Origin: Candidatus Bathyarchaeia archaeon
Lineage (GTDB): Archaea; Thermoproteota; Bathyarchaeia; Bathyarchaeales; Bathycorpusculaceae
Direction: 5' to 3'
Length of the DNA: 64,000 nucleotides
Assembly (NCBI GenBank): GCA_049516875.1
Contig: JBEKSS010000008.1
Coordinates: 1-64,000 of the forward strand
The notes under the pieces were generated by a model. The model was given only the letters and a program-made list of their open reading frames with translations. It searched no databases and was not told where the DNA came from. The position numbers and the translations under genes are program-made. The number at the start of each line of letters is the position of its first letter. Position 1 is the first letter of the stretch. Shown here one piece after another: positions 1 to 9,803 of the stretch.

Positions 1-297
1 GATTGTTAACATGACCATCTTCTCGGCATCGGAACCACATTTCTCCAGCAATAGCGCGCGCGCTCGTTGACGGAACATAAAAATCAGGAATGCAGTATAT
101 GCAATTAAAGTGAATTTTATTAAAGTTTCACTATAGATGAATGGTGAGAAAAAGGTGCGCGCGCGTCTGGTTCTACGGAAATTGCTTTGACTGAATCAAG
201 CGTTTCCGTGTAGGACATCTCGCCTCATTTTCCCTTCGCGACTGGCGTTCTGGGTGGAAAGAATTCTGCGCCCGCTGAACCCACAGGAGGCAAGCAA

Positions 298-468
298 TTT
301 TACCGGTAAGCATGTGTTCAATTCTTAACCCCCGCACACGCCCACGCACAACGTCATAAATTGAGTTTATCTACCTGAAATAAGCTCGAAATAGGACTTG
401 AAATTGTAGTGCGGGGGGTGGGACCCCCACCCTATTTTACCGGTAAAAATATGCTTTGAATATGCTTG
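298..468. repeat. Dispersed ~170-bp repeat family A, copy 1 (TTACCGGTAA palindromes near both ends, central GGGGGGTGGGACCCCCACC)
   Basis: Near-identical to 3342-3510; diverged homologs at 5545-5702 and ~9440-9550. Confidence 0.9.
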
Positions 469-498
469 GCGAGAGTTCGAATCTCTCCCGGGCTACCA
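469..498 (+). pseudogene. tRNA 3'-end remnant (T-arm, acceptor 3' strand, CCA); att-like, possibly tRNA-Gln
   Basis: GAGAG-TTCGAAT-CTCTC-CCGGGCT-ACCA: perfect T-stem/loop; no 5' half upstream. Confidence 0.75.
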
Positions 499-627
499 TC
501 AACCCCTAGTCAGGGCAGGGTTCAAATCCTCGTTTTGCAGTTTGAATTTATCGCGCGCTTTCTGTAATAGAGAGAGTGTAATTGGTAGAGAGATAATAGG
601 TAGAGAGAGTGAGTAGTAGAAGTGTGT

Positions 628-656
628 GGGATAAAACTTTACCCCAAACCCAAACT
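628..656 (-). repeat. Repeat family B, (GGTTT)n-GGGGTAAAGTTTTATCC, inverted copy
   Basis: Reverse complement of the motif at 1281-1326, 2241-2268 and 3264-3297. Confidence 0.8.
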
Positions 657-662
657 TTCCTA

Positions 663-1016
663 CTAAAATGTTAGCACTTTATCTGCTTTTGTTGCTGCCT
701 CTATGAATTCTTTCATTGTCCCCTTCGCTAGTCCTGGGAGATAATCTTGCTCGCTCAAATTTCTTCTTCTTCTGCATGTTTCACATACTTTGATTTCTGC
801 ACCTTTTTTGACTGCGTCTTTGATGTATTCTTCCAAGTTTGGCTGATCGTCATATTGCTGCCCTTTTTTTGCGATCCAAACGGCGTCTTCTGCGAGGAAA
901 ACTTGGACTTTGTGGCCATCCTCAAGTGCTTGATTAACAAATCTCAGCGGCCATTCTGCCTCAACTCCATGGAAAGGCCCTTTGCTTATTACAACAGCAA
1001 ACTTTGTCATATTCAA
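663..1016 (-). CDS. DsrE/DsrF-like family protein
   Basis: VQVFLAEDAVW and IKVCETCRRRR motifs, KADKVLTF end, 117 aa. Confidence 0.85.
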   Translation of the reverse strand: MNMTKFAVVISKGPFHGVEAEWPLRFVNQALEDGHKVQVFLAEDAVWIAKKGQQYDDQPNLEEYIKDAVKKGAEIKVCETCRRRRNLSEQDYLPGLAKGTMKEFIEAATKADKVLTF

Positions 1017-1099
1017 CTCACCTCCCTACAAACTAAAACGCAAAAAGTGTATTATCTTGTTCTTAGTTTAAATCACTTGTGACGAAATGCGCCCTTGAA

Positions 1100-1327
1100 A
1101 GAGCGTATACTCGATTCCGACTATACCTATACTATTACCCTATTATGGCCTTGATTTCTAGTATTAGCCTCTTTTTACATGTCATTATGATACCCTGTAT
1201 ATGCTGAATCCAGTATACGCTACCACACTAATTTTCCAGAACCAGTTATCAGGCCGTGGCAACTTGGTTGGGTTGGTTGGTTGGGGTAAAGTTTTATGTT
1301 TGGGTTTGGGTGGTAAAGTTTTATCCA
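1100..1327 (+). repeat. Repeat family B extended unit (GCGTATACTCGATTC...CTGAAYCCAGTAT...GGTTGGTTGGGGTAAAGTTTT)
   Basis: Same ordered blocks at 3141-3297. Confidence 0.75.
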
Positions 1328-1333
1328 ACTAAC

Positions 1334-2161
1334 TCATCCCTTCAAAGAATGCATTGCCTGAAGGAAGCTGTTGAACAGTGACTCGTCTATCCTGCCTTCA
1401 GGCTCAACCGTGAGCAATCCCGAATATTTCCAATCATTTCTAATCTTGTCCAAGGATTCATAGAAATTGAAACTTGAATGCTCCAGAACCCACCTATTCT
1501 TCTTCAAACTACCTCTCAAATGAACATTGACGATGTTGCCGACTATGGATGAGAATGCCTCAAGCTCATTGTACATCGATGCCCATCTCAGGTCCAAAGT
1601 CACATGCTCAAAAGACCTGACCAACATGAATGGAGAACAGCCATCTAGATGCGTTGGGATATTTTCAACTGAAGGTTTGACCTTTGGAAATCGTTCCACT
1701 GTCTTCAGAAAAATATTCTCAACATTGTGCAAATCGAAACTGCCTTTCCAAGTGTCCCAAAGATGAAATACACAGACCTCCGCCCCGAACATTTCAGCAA
1801 CTGACAGCGCTTCATAAATGACACGTTTTCCCTTCTCCCAATCTCGCTCTTTCTCGGAGCAGAGATAACTTCCAACATCCCTGCTTGCATGAACAGAAAG
1901 AATGGGCAGACCCTCACTCTTGATTAGTTCCACAACTTCTTCTGCACTGAACTTGGGAGTCTTGGTCCAATCAGTCCAGTCAGTATCGGTTAATGGTGCG
2001 TTTTCACAGTCCCATTCTGGTTCAAGCTGCAACTCAAAACCATCAACCACTGCTTCTCCAATGACTTTTTTCATCACTTCAATCGTGCCGAGAAGGTCGT
2101 AGTATTCTTTATCACCTAACCCCGCAATAGGTGCAGTGGAGACGGAAATCAAATTCTTCAT
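1334..2161 (-). CDS. Xylose isomerase-like/AP endonuclease 2 TIM-barrel protein
   Basis: ILSVHA, CVFH, SVEN, TLD, NVHL and LTVE metal-ligand pattern. Confidence 0.75.
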   Translation of the reverse strand: MKNLISVSTAPIAGLGDKEYYDLLGTIEVMKKVIGEAVVDGFELQLEPEWDCENAPLTDTDWTDWTKTPKFSAEEVVELIKSEGLPILSVHASRDVGSYLCSEKERDWEKGKRVIYEALSVAEMFGAEVCVFHLWDTWKGSFDLHNVENIFLKTVERFPKVKPSVENIPTHLDGCSPFMLVRSFEHVTLDLRWASMYNELEAFSSIVGNIVNVHLRGSLKKNRWVLEHSSFNFYESLDKIRNDWKYSGLLTVEPEGRIDESLFNSFLQAMHSLKG

Positions 2162-2240
2162 GAATTATAACAGCTCGATTATTCTAGCACAATCCGTTTA
2201 TAAGAACGACCCAGCCCCCAGCGCAGATAACCAAATTTGT

Positions 2241-2268
2241 TGGTTTGGTTTGGGGTAAAGTTTTATCC
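2241..2268 (+). repeat. Repeat family B core
   Basis: TGGTTTGGTTTGGGGTAAAGTTTTATCC. Confidence 0.8.
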
Positions 2269-2320
2269 TCGCAAAGATGAATACGTGATTAAACTACTAT
2301 TGAAGGCAGCTGTGTGCGTA

Positions 2321-3100
2321 GTGAAAGAGTCAAAATACAAAATAGTTGACCTCAATCACGCAAACATTGATGAATACGGGACTTTTTGCCTACAGTCTAA
2401 GAAGAACACGAAAGGTTACAGAGATAAGCTCAAATGGGTCAAGGAACGCTTCAAGGAAGGTTGCATTTGAAGCTCCTTCTAATAAATGAAGGAGTAAAGC
2501 GAGGATTCAGAGCGAGAGGATTTATTGAGTATATTCCCAGTGAATGTGCGTGGCGTGGTATCAAAGCCGATGGATACATGGTCATTCATTGTATCTGGGT
2601 TGTAGGCAAGAACAAGGGACACGGATATGGCACGAAGTTGCTACAAGAGTGCTTGAAAGATGCGAGAGGAATGAACGGCGTTGTCGTGATGACATCTGAA
2701 AAAACGTGGCTACCCCAGAAGGATTTGTTCGTCAAGAATGGGTTTAAGAAAGTCGATTCGATGTCTCCCTATTTCGAGCTTTATGCGAAACGATTGTCAG
2801 AGGATGTCCCTACACCTAAGTTTAATCCCATTCCAAGAAGGAGACTAGAAGAATACTTAAATGGGGTTACGATATTCAAGTCGAATCAATGTTCCCTACG
2901 CAGATGGCTACACAAATCTCGTGACGGAAATCAGCAAACAAGCTGGCATTCCATGCCGAATTGAAAACCTTGAAAGCTGCAGGGAAGCGCAAAACGGAAT
3001 AGACCCATATGGCACGTTCTGTGTCATATTGAATGGAAAAGTGCTTGGTTATCGCCATGTCAAGAAAGAATTACTCGATTCCATATCCAAGCCAAAATAG
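2321..3100 (+). pseudogene. GNAT acetyltransferase with YoaP-like C-terminus, two frameshifts (~2462 and ~2893)
   Basis: One protein (KWVKERFKEG / GFIEYIP..IHCIWV..KGHGYG / QCPY..PYGTF..NGK) split over three ORFs. Confidence 0.75.
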
Positions 3101-3140
3101 AAAATCGCTCTCTACTTGGCTATGACTTTTCCGTAGAATC

Positions 3141-3297
3141 GAGGCGTATACTCGATTCGTATACTACCCCCTATATAATGCTTTTACTTCCTGCTATAGC
3201 CTGAACCCAGTATTCAGCCCTGACAGTAACTCTTTTTTCACAGCAGCTCAGCCCTCGTCGTCAGTTTGGTTTGGTTGGGGTGGTAAAGTTTTTTCCC
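3141..3297 (+). repeat. Repeat family B extended unit, copy 2
   Basis: Homologous to 1100-1327. Confidence 0.75.
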
Positions 3298-3341
3298 GCG
3301 CTTGTTGTAAGCTATCCCGCATTGGAGAAAGCTAAATACTC

Positions 3342-3510
3342 TTACCGGTAAACACGTGTTCAAATCTTAACCCCGCACACGCCCAACCACAACGTCATAA
3401 ATTGAGTTTGTCTAACCGAAATAAGCTCGAAATAGGACTTGAAATTGTAGTGCGGGGGGTGGGACCCCCACCTTATTTTACCAGTAAAAATATGCTTAGG
3501 TTATGCTTGA
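3342..3510. repeat. Repeat family A, copy 2
   Basis: Shares GAAATAAGCTCGAAATAGGACTTGAAATTGTAGTGCGGGGGGTGGGACCCCCACC identically with copy 1. Confidence 0.9.
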
Positions 3511-3610
3511 AGATTATAGAAGACAATAAATTGTGATTTAGAAAGAATAAATGGTTAGTCACCTTTTTTTGCACGTGCCTTCTTGGCTGCACAAGATGCT
3601 ATTCGACTGT

Positions 3611-4348
3611 CTACTTCCATTTTGTTAGGATTTCCTCCCGCTGGAACGTGCCCCTGCTTAGGAAGAAGAGGAGTATATCAATTGCCAGTATAGCGGCCGA
3701 GATGAGCAACAGGTTGGTTGTGTTTAAGTTTATGATGCCGATTTCGCCTGCAACGTAGATCACTACAAACGGAAACACCAAGACTCCTCCGAATTGTTGG
3801 GCGGCGCGGACATCGTTAGCTCTGGCGGAGACGAGGATGAGCACTTCGACACTTAGGAGGCACACCAGAGGTACCACAACGAAGAGGATGACTGCCATGC
3901 TAGCGTTTGGGAAGTAGAAATAGCCTAGTTGTCCGCGGGTTATGGCGTCGATGAATGCCGCGAATATTGTAGCTCCTGCATAGATTGCCAGCAGGGGCAG
4001 AAGGAACGCTGCTATGCTTTTTCCCAACAAGATTTCGCCATCTGTCATTGGCGTTGACAGAAGCGGTTCGAGGCTTTTTTCAACTTTTTCGCCAACTAAA
4101 CTGTAGGAGGCGATGCCGACTGGGAGGGATGCTGCACCTATGATGAAGAAGAACAGAAAAGCGTCGATCACTCCTGGAAGCGCAGTGGCTGGGATTCCGC
4201 CTACTGCTTGTCCTGCGAATTCGACGACGAGGGGGAGTCCGATGGCGGCGATGAGGGGGAAGAGGATGGTCGAGTAGAGAATACTCTTTTTCTTGAGGAA
4301 TATACCCAGATCCTTGCTTGCGATGGTCCAAACGTTCTGTAAGTCCAT
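3611..4348 (-). CDS. ABC-2 type transporter permease
   Basis: VGEKVEKSLEPLLSTP..EILLGK motif; ~6 TM helices; start re-called at MDLQ. Confidence 0.9.
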   Translation of the reverse strand: MDLQNVWTIASKDLGIFLKKKSILYSTILFPLIAAIGLPLVVEFAGQAVGGIPATALPGVIDAFLFFFIIGAASLPVGIASYSLVGEKVEKSLEPLLSTPMTDGEILLGKSIAAFLLPLLAIYAGATIFAAFIDAITRGQLGYFYFPNASMAVILFVVVPLVCLLSVEVLILVSARANDVRAAQQFGGVLVFPFVVIYVAGEIGIINLNTTNLLLISAAILAIDILLFFLSRGTFQREEILTKWK

Positions 4349-4353
4349 AGCCT

Positions 4354-5268
4354 TCAGCTCCTCACCAGTTTTAGGTACACGTCCTCTAAGGTTGGGGTGA
4401 TTTGAGTGACGGATTGAACGCGCCCGCCAGCCTTGCCGACGGCGTCCACGATGTCGGGAATGTGGTGTTCTGGGTTGCTGACGGACACGATGAGTTTGTT
4501 GCCCGTTACCTCGGTTTGCCATGAGCCGAGCTTTTTCACCGCCGCCACAACCGCATCGTTAACGCTTTCAAGTTGGATTACGGTTTTGGTTCCCCAAAGC
4601 GATTGCCGTAGCCTCTCTGGAGTGTCGACGGCTAAGAGCTTGGTTTTGAGGATACCGACGCGGTCGCAGATACGTTCTGCCTCATCAAGGAGGTGGGTGT
4701 TTAGGAATATGGTGTGCTTTTCCTTTTTGAGTTCGAGGATGAAGTCTCGGACGGTTTTGGAGGCTTCAGGGTCAAGGTTTGCTGTAGGTTCGTCGAGGAA
4801 GAGGACTTTGGGATCGTGGATGAGGGCACGGGCTATGGCGAGCTTCTGCTTCATGCCTTTGCTGAAGCTGCCTGCGGGTTGGTCTTGTTTTTCCCACAGC
4901 CCAAGCATCCTGAGAAAGCGTTCGATGCGCTCTCTGCGTTGCGTTTCGGTGAGTTTGTAGATTTTTCCATAGAAATCGAGGTTTTTGTAGGCGCTCATGT
5001 CCTCGTACAAGCCGACGTTTTCAGGCAGCAAACCTATAATTTTTCTGATTTTCTGTATATCCGCCGCATTTCCGATTTCGTAACCCCCTACCTTGGCGGT
5101 ACCGCTGGTTTTGCCTATCAAGCAACAAAGCATGCGTACGGTGGTTGTTTTTCCTGCCCCGTTAGGTCCAAGAAAACCAAAAACTTCACCCTCATCAATA
5201 TGTAAAGTGAGATTATCTACTGCAGTGAGATTATCAAATTTCCTTGTCAGATTTTCGGCGTCAATCAT
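4354..5268 (-). CDS. ABC transporter ATP-binding protein
   Basis: GPNGAGKTT, FSKGMKQK, LFLDEPT. Confidence 0.95.
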   Translation of the reverse strand: MIDAENLTRKFDNLTAVDNLTLHIDEGEVFGFLGPNGAGKTTTVRMLCCLIGKTSGTAKVGGYEIGNAADIQKIRKIIGLLPENVGLYEDMSAYKNLDFYGKIYKLTETQRRERIERFLRMLGLWEKQDQPAGSFSKGMKQKLAIARALIHDPKVLFLDEPTANLDPEASKTVRDFILELKKEKHTIFLNTHLLDEAERICDRVGILKTKLLAVDTPERLRQSLWGTKTVIQLESVNDAVVAAVKKLGSWQTEVTGNKLIVSVSNPEHHIPDIVDAVGKAGGRVQSVTQITPTLEDVYLKLVRS

Positions 5269-5544
5269 ACCAGCACCCCACAAGCATTTACCAAAAATGT
5301 TGTATATATTTTTTTGAGCCTGAGCAGAGCCGTTGCGCCAACTTTTTAGATTCTTCCAAACTGAGCCTGACGTTTCAGCATCAGCAACCTAATTCATTGA
5401 CCACTCATCTCTATAGGGGGAATCTCGCTTTTTCGCTCTGTAAAATCTTGGTCTGCCCCCAATAATGGGAAATAATTTAGTCCTTAAAAGGCAAAGTTGG
5501 TTCCAATTGACTGAAAAAACTGTAGGCGGTTATAGAGCCAGCAT

Positions 5545-5731
5545 TTTTGCCAGTAAGCCTGTGTTCAAATATTACCCACGACCGTAAAACCCTAAATTAA
5601 GCTTGTTATGACAAAATAAGCTCGCAATACTCCCAAATTTCAGATGCGGGGGGTGGGACCCCCGCCCAAGTTTACCGGTGAAAGAGCAAACTAAGCATGC
5701 TTGGCGATCGTTCGAACGTCTCCCGGGGACC
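5545..5731. repeat. Repeat family A, copy 3, with degenerate tRNA 3' remnant (5703-5731)
   Basis: GCGGGGGGTGGGACCCCCGCC..TTTACCGGT..ATGCTTGGCGATCGTTCGAACGTCTCCCGGGGACC aligns with 410-497. Confidence 0.8.
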
Positions 5732-5995
5732 GTGAAACTCTGGTCGAATAATCTTTCGAACTATGTTTTGTGACTCTCTAATGCTGCCATTCGTTGTGGT
5801 GTATTTTCTTCTGCAATGGCACTGGTTTCTGTTTTACAAGCGCGTGCGCGCGAAACTCGCGCCAAGCAGCTATCTACCAAAAATCTCCAGAAAACGCTCC
5901 TTCTCCCAAATTGCATCGAAAGCAAGCGTTTGAAATGCTCCACGGCCTCTGGCAAGTGAAGGAAGGAAAGCGTTAAAAGCTAGGCCTATGGGTAG

Positions 5996-6382
5996 GTGAA
6001 ATCAGTAGACGAAATTAGGTTTGAGGAACGCGCTATGGCTCGGGGGATACTTAGAGCTGCTATCTACTTGGCGTCGGCAGTTCTGATCTTCTTGGGCTTC
6101 GTCTTCGTTGTCTCAGTTAACCTTGGCCTTGTTTACTTTCTTGTGGGACTGGTCTTCCTCGCAGTCGCCGGATTCCTGCTCTTCCTTAGCCGGGAGAAAA
6201 AACCTATAGAGATTAAGCAAACCCTAACGGTCACTGGACCGTTAGAGGCTAAACAAATACGTTGCCCAAACTGCGGAGCTCTCATCGACGCGACCAAGAC
6301 TGAAGTTATCGACGGAAAACCCTTCGCTACGTGCCGCTACTGCGGGAACAAGCTCGAACTCACAGAGGAACCAACATGGTGA
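5996..6382 (+). CDS. Two-TM membrane protein with C-terminal zinc ribbon
   Basis: Two hydrophobic helices; CPNC...CRYC; overlaps the next gene's start. Confidence 0.8.
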   Translation: MKSVDEIRFEERAMARGILRAAIYLASAVLIFLGFVFVVSVNLGLVYFLVGLVFLAVAGFLLFLSREKKPIEIKQTLTVTGPLEAKQIRCPNCGALIDATKTEVIDGKPFATCRYCGNKLELTEEPTW

Positions 6383-8028
6383 CGAAACAGCAGCTCGCCT
6401 GTTTATCCGTCATCGTACTAATCTTGTGCCTCGGATCATTGCTGACAAGGGTGCAACTTGCAAGGGCTCAGGATGTAACCTACTCCGTAAGCCAAGAGTG
6501 GGCCCAAATCCAGATCAACACGGACAGGTCGATATACATTCTGTACAACATAACGTTCACGTATCTGTCCGGCTCACCTGAAGGCATATTCACTGTGGGG
6601 ATGCCCCAAGGAGGCTTCCAGATTCAGTATGTGCAAGACCTGTTGGGAGCCACACTTCATTATCAAGATGCGTCATCGGGAAGCTTCTACGGCATCGACG
6701 TTTACCTCGAACAACCCGTTGCGGTGAACCAGTCCTACACATTCGTTGTTTACGCTCTAGTTCCAGACATGATCCATGAGGATACCCCTAACCCGGGAAA
6801 CGTCGACCTGCTCTTCTACCAAGCAACGTTCACTAGCGCCAGTGGCTCCGTAACAGACCTACGCGTGGAAATCATCCTCCCACCAAGCGTACAGACAACC
6901 GAAGTGAAATACCCCTCAGGCTCACCCTTCGACAATGTCTTCACAGAAACGAACAACGACACCGCCGTCTTCTGGGAGAGAACAGACTGGCCGCCAGGCC
7001 AACAGTTCACCTCTGGCGTTTCTTTCCCAGCCACCTACGTTTCCTCCGCGCCGACCCCGACCCCTGCGCCATTTCCAGACGCAGCAACCACGGTTTTATT
7101 GGTCCTAGTCTTTTTCATAGTGGGCGCCGCGATATTCGTGGGCTTGAAAAGAGTTGCCAGAATGGCCTACGCCACGCCCCGCATGTCGATTGAAGCCTTG
7201 GGCGCCAACCGAACACTCACGGCCGTCGAGGCAGCCCTCGTTTTGGATCAAAAGCCCGTCCGCGTCCTCACCATGATTCTCTATGGGCTTCTCCTAAAGC
7301 GCATGGTCGCCGTCACCGAAACTGAACCCCTCATAAAACTCACCAAACTCGAACCAGCCCAAGGCCAGCCGGCTCCACGACCGAGATACTACGAAACAGA
7401 TTATCTGAACGCCATAAGACCAGACGGAACCCTCGACGAGCAGAAGCTCGCCAGCACCTACGTAGAACTCACCAATACGGTAGACCAAAAGCTACGCGGC
7501 TACTCAAGAGACGACACGACCAACTACTACAAATCCATAGTGGACAAAGCCTGGACCCAGGTAACCCAGGCCGGAACCCCAGAACTCAAGGGCGACGCCG
7601 TGGACAAGAACCTCGAGTGGCTACTGGCCGACGACAAATTCGAAGACCGCTTCAGAACAGCCTTCCCACCAGGAATAATCATCTATCCAAACCCAGCTTG
7701 GTGGTGGTACTGGGGCGGCCTACACGCACCGACGGGACAACAAAGACCCCCAACGCCAGTCACAACACCAACGGCCCCGCCAGCCCAAGCCAAACCAATC
7801 CCGGGCCAAGACTTCGCCAACAACATCGTACGAGGACTCCAGACAGCCTCAAACAACATCGTCAAAAACGTTCAAGACTTCGCCAACAAACTCGTGCCTT
7901 TCAAGTCTCCCCCAAGCCAGCATCCAGTAGGCGGAAAACCATCCTGCGTGTGCGCATGCCACGCCTGCGCATGCGCCTGTGCCTGTGTAGGCTGCGCTTG
8001 CGCCTGCGCCGGCGGAGGTGCAAGATAG
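6376..8028 (+). CDS. Single-pass membrane protein (DUF2207-like architecture) with C-terminal Cys-Ala repeat tail
   Basis: Signal peptide, extracellular domain, Pro/Thr linker, TM helix; ends SCVCACHACACACACVGCACACAGGGAR. Confidence 0.85.
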   Translation: MVTKQQLACLSVIVLILCLGSLLTRVQLARAQDVTYSVSQEWAQIQINTDRSIYILYNITFTYLSGSPEGIFTVGMPQGGFQIQYVQDLLGATLHYQDASSGSFYGIDVYLEQPVAVNQSYTFVVYALVPDMIHEDTPNPGNVDLLFYQATFTSASGSVTDLRVEIILPPSVQTTEVKYPSGSPFDNVFTETNNDTAVFWERTDWPPGQQFTSGVSFPATYVSSAPTPTPAPFPDAATTVLLVLVFFIVGAAIFVGLKRVARMAYATPRMSIEALGANRTLTAVEAALVLDQKPVRVLTMILYGLLLKRMVAVTETEPLIKLTKLEPAQGQPAPRPRYYETDYLNAIRPDGTLDEQKLASTYVELTNTVDQKLRGYSRDDTTNYYKSIVDKAWTQVTQAGTPELKGDAVDKNLEWLLADDKFEDRFRTAFPPGIIIYPNPAWWWYWGGLHAPTGQQRPPTPVTTPTAPPAQAKPIPGQDFANNIVRGLQTASNNIVKNVQDFANKLVPFKSPPSQHPVGGKPSCVCACHACACACACVGCACACAGGGAR

Positions 8029-9345
8029 TTGAATGTACTTGACAAGTTAAGAGCAAAACCCAGAGAGGTGCTGCACCACCTCAAAGTCGCAGAGGGCGAA
8101 TACCGCGGTCTCAGACTCCATCTACGGTTAGAGAAAAACGGAGAAGGAGTTCTGGTCATAAACGCCTCCAGGGTCATCTTCCTAAACCCGACAGCCACCG
8201 AAATCGTACACTCTTTCATGCAAGGAGAAAACGAGGAACAAACAGCAAAGAGAATTCTAAGACGCTACAAGGTTGACGCGGAAACCGCCCGAAAAGACAT
8301 CAAAGACACACTGTTCACCATCAACTCCTTCGCCAAGACACCTGACGTGTGCCCCGTCTCCTACCTCGGCGTAGAAAAGATAGAACCCTTCCAAAAAGAG
8401 CTGAGCGCACCCTACCGCATGGACATAGCCCTCACCTACCGCTGCAACAACAAGTGCATACACTGCTACGCCGGAGGCCCAAAACAAACAGAAGAGCTAA
8501 CCACACGAGAATGGCTGAACGTGATCGACAGACTCCAAGCCCTAGGCATCCCTCAAGTGGTCTTCACAGGCGGCGAACCAACCCTAAGAGACGACCTGTC
8601 AACGCTGATAGCGCACACGCAAGAAAAAGAACTGGTCTGCGGCCTCGTCACGAACGGACGAAAACTCAAAGACAACGCATACCTCAAAACTCTCATCGAC
8701 GCAGGACTAGACCACATGCAGATAACCCTTGAATCACACGACCCAGAAGTCCACGACAAAATAACAAGCGTCAACGGAAGCTGGGACGAAACCGTCGAAG
8801 GACTCAAGAACGCCATCGCATCCCAGATCTACACGGTCAGCAACACCACACTCAACCAGCTAAACGTCAACGACATAGACGGCACGATAGAATTCGTCCA
8901 CAGCCTCGGACTCAAACACTTCGCCTGCAACAGCCTGATCTACTCTGGGAAAGCACCAGAAATAGCCAAAACCTTCGCCCTAGACGAAGCAGCACTAGAG
9001 CCAATCCTGACCCGAATAAGGGACCAGACCAGAAAGCTAGGAATGGAATTCACTTGGTACACCCCGACGCAATACTGCCAAACCGACCCTCTGAAGCTGG
9101 AACTGGGAATAAAAAGCTGCAGCGCCTGCCGCATAAACATGGCCATCGAACCAGACGGAACAGTCATACCCTGCCAAAGCTACTTCGTCCCACTCGGAAA
9201 CATCCTCAAAGACAAATGGCAAAAAATCTGGAAAAACCCCACCTGCCTGAAGCTCAGAAAACGAGAATACGCCCCAGACAAATGCTACGAATGCCCAAGC
9301 CTCCAAATATGCGGAGCGGGCTGCCCACTAAAAACGGAAAACTAG
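8029..9345 (+). CDS. Radical SAM/SPASM protein with N-terminal PqqD/RRE-like domain
   Basis: CNNKCIHC, FTGGEP, CSAC..PDGTVIPC..CYEC..CGAGC; N-terminal LNPTATEI..YKVDAETARKDI. Confidence 0.9.
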   Translation: MNVLDKLRAKPREVLHHLKVAEGEYRGLRLHLRLEKNGEGVLVINASRVIFLNPTATEIVHSFMQGENEEQTAKRILRRYKVDAETARKDIKDTLFTINSFAKTPDVCPVSYLGVEKIEPFQKELSAPYRMDIALTYRCNNKCIHCYAGGPKQTEELTTREWLNVIDRLQALGIPQVVFTGGEPTLRDDLSTLIAHTQEKELVCGLVTNGRKLKDNAYLKTLIDAGLDHMQITLESHDPEVHDKITSVNGSWDETVEGLKNAIASQIYTVSNTTLNQLNVNDIDGTIEFVHSLGLKHFACNSLIYSGKAPEIAKTFALDEAALEPILTRIRDQTRKLGMEFTWYTPTQYCQTDPLKLELGIKSCSACRINMAIEPDGTVIPCQSYFVPLGNILKDKWQKIWKNPTCLKLRKREYAPDKCYECPSLQICGAGCPLKTEN

Positions 9346-9439
9346 ACCAACAGCGAGCCACAGCACACTTCAAGAAATGAACCGCATCCCGAACTGTGCC
9401 TTGTTCAGTTTGAATTCTTCAATGAATTTCCGACGGACC

Positions 9440-9550
9440 CTCACTTACAACGTCGAGAAAGGGATTTCTTTAGCCAAAATAACCTCGAAACAAGCCCGAA
9501 ATTAAGGTGTAGGGGAGTGGGACCCCACCCGACTTTACCGGTAAAAAGTC
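9440..9550. repeat. Repeat family A, diverged copy 4
   Basis: ACAACGTC..AAAATAACCTCGAAA..GGGGAGTGGGACCCCACCC..TTTACCGGTAAAAA; T-loop-like GGGTTCAAGTCCTG follows at ~9617. Confidence 0.65.
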
Positions 9551-9803
9551 TTTACTGCGAGTTTGCGCTTCCTAGTACCCTGAACTGGTTCAGTTCCGAG
9601 AGGTTAGAATCCAAAAGGGTTCAAGTCCTGCGGAACGGCATATTTGGGGAGAAATTGTTCTGGATAATGAGGCTATTTTGGCTGTGACGTGAACCTGATG
9701 AAGTGTGTAGAAGTGTAGAACTATCTTCTAAATAGACTTAAATAGAAATGGCGAGCCAGATAGAATCAGAGTTAAATAAATTAGTTAAGGAGTTGAATAA
9801 TTC

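Noticed and set aside
420-498. Complete tRNA gene
   Set aside because: Only the T-arm and 3' acceptor strand are present; the upstream sequence is repeat A.
1265-1326. Replication origin ORB boxes
   Set aside because: The G-rich motif lacks the TTCCAxTGGAAA ORB consensus, and no cdc6/orc1 is nearby.
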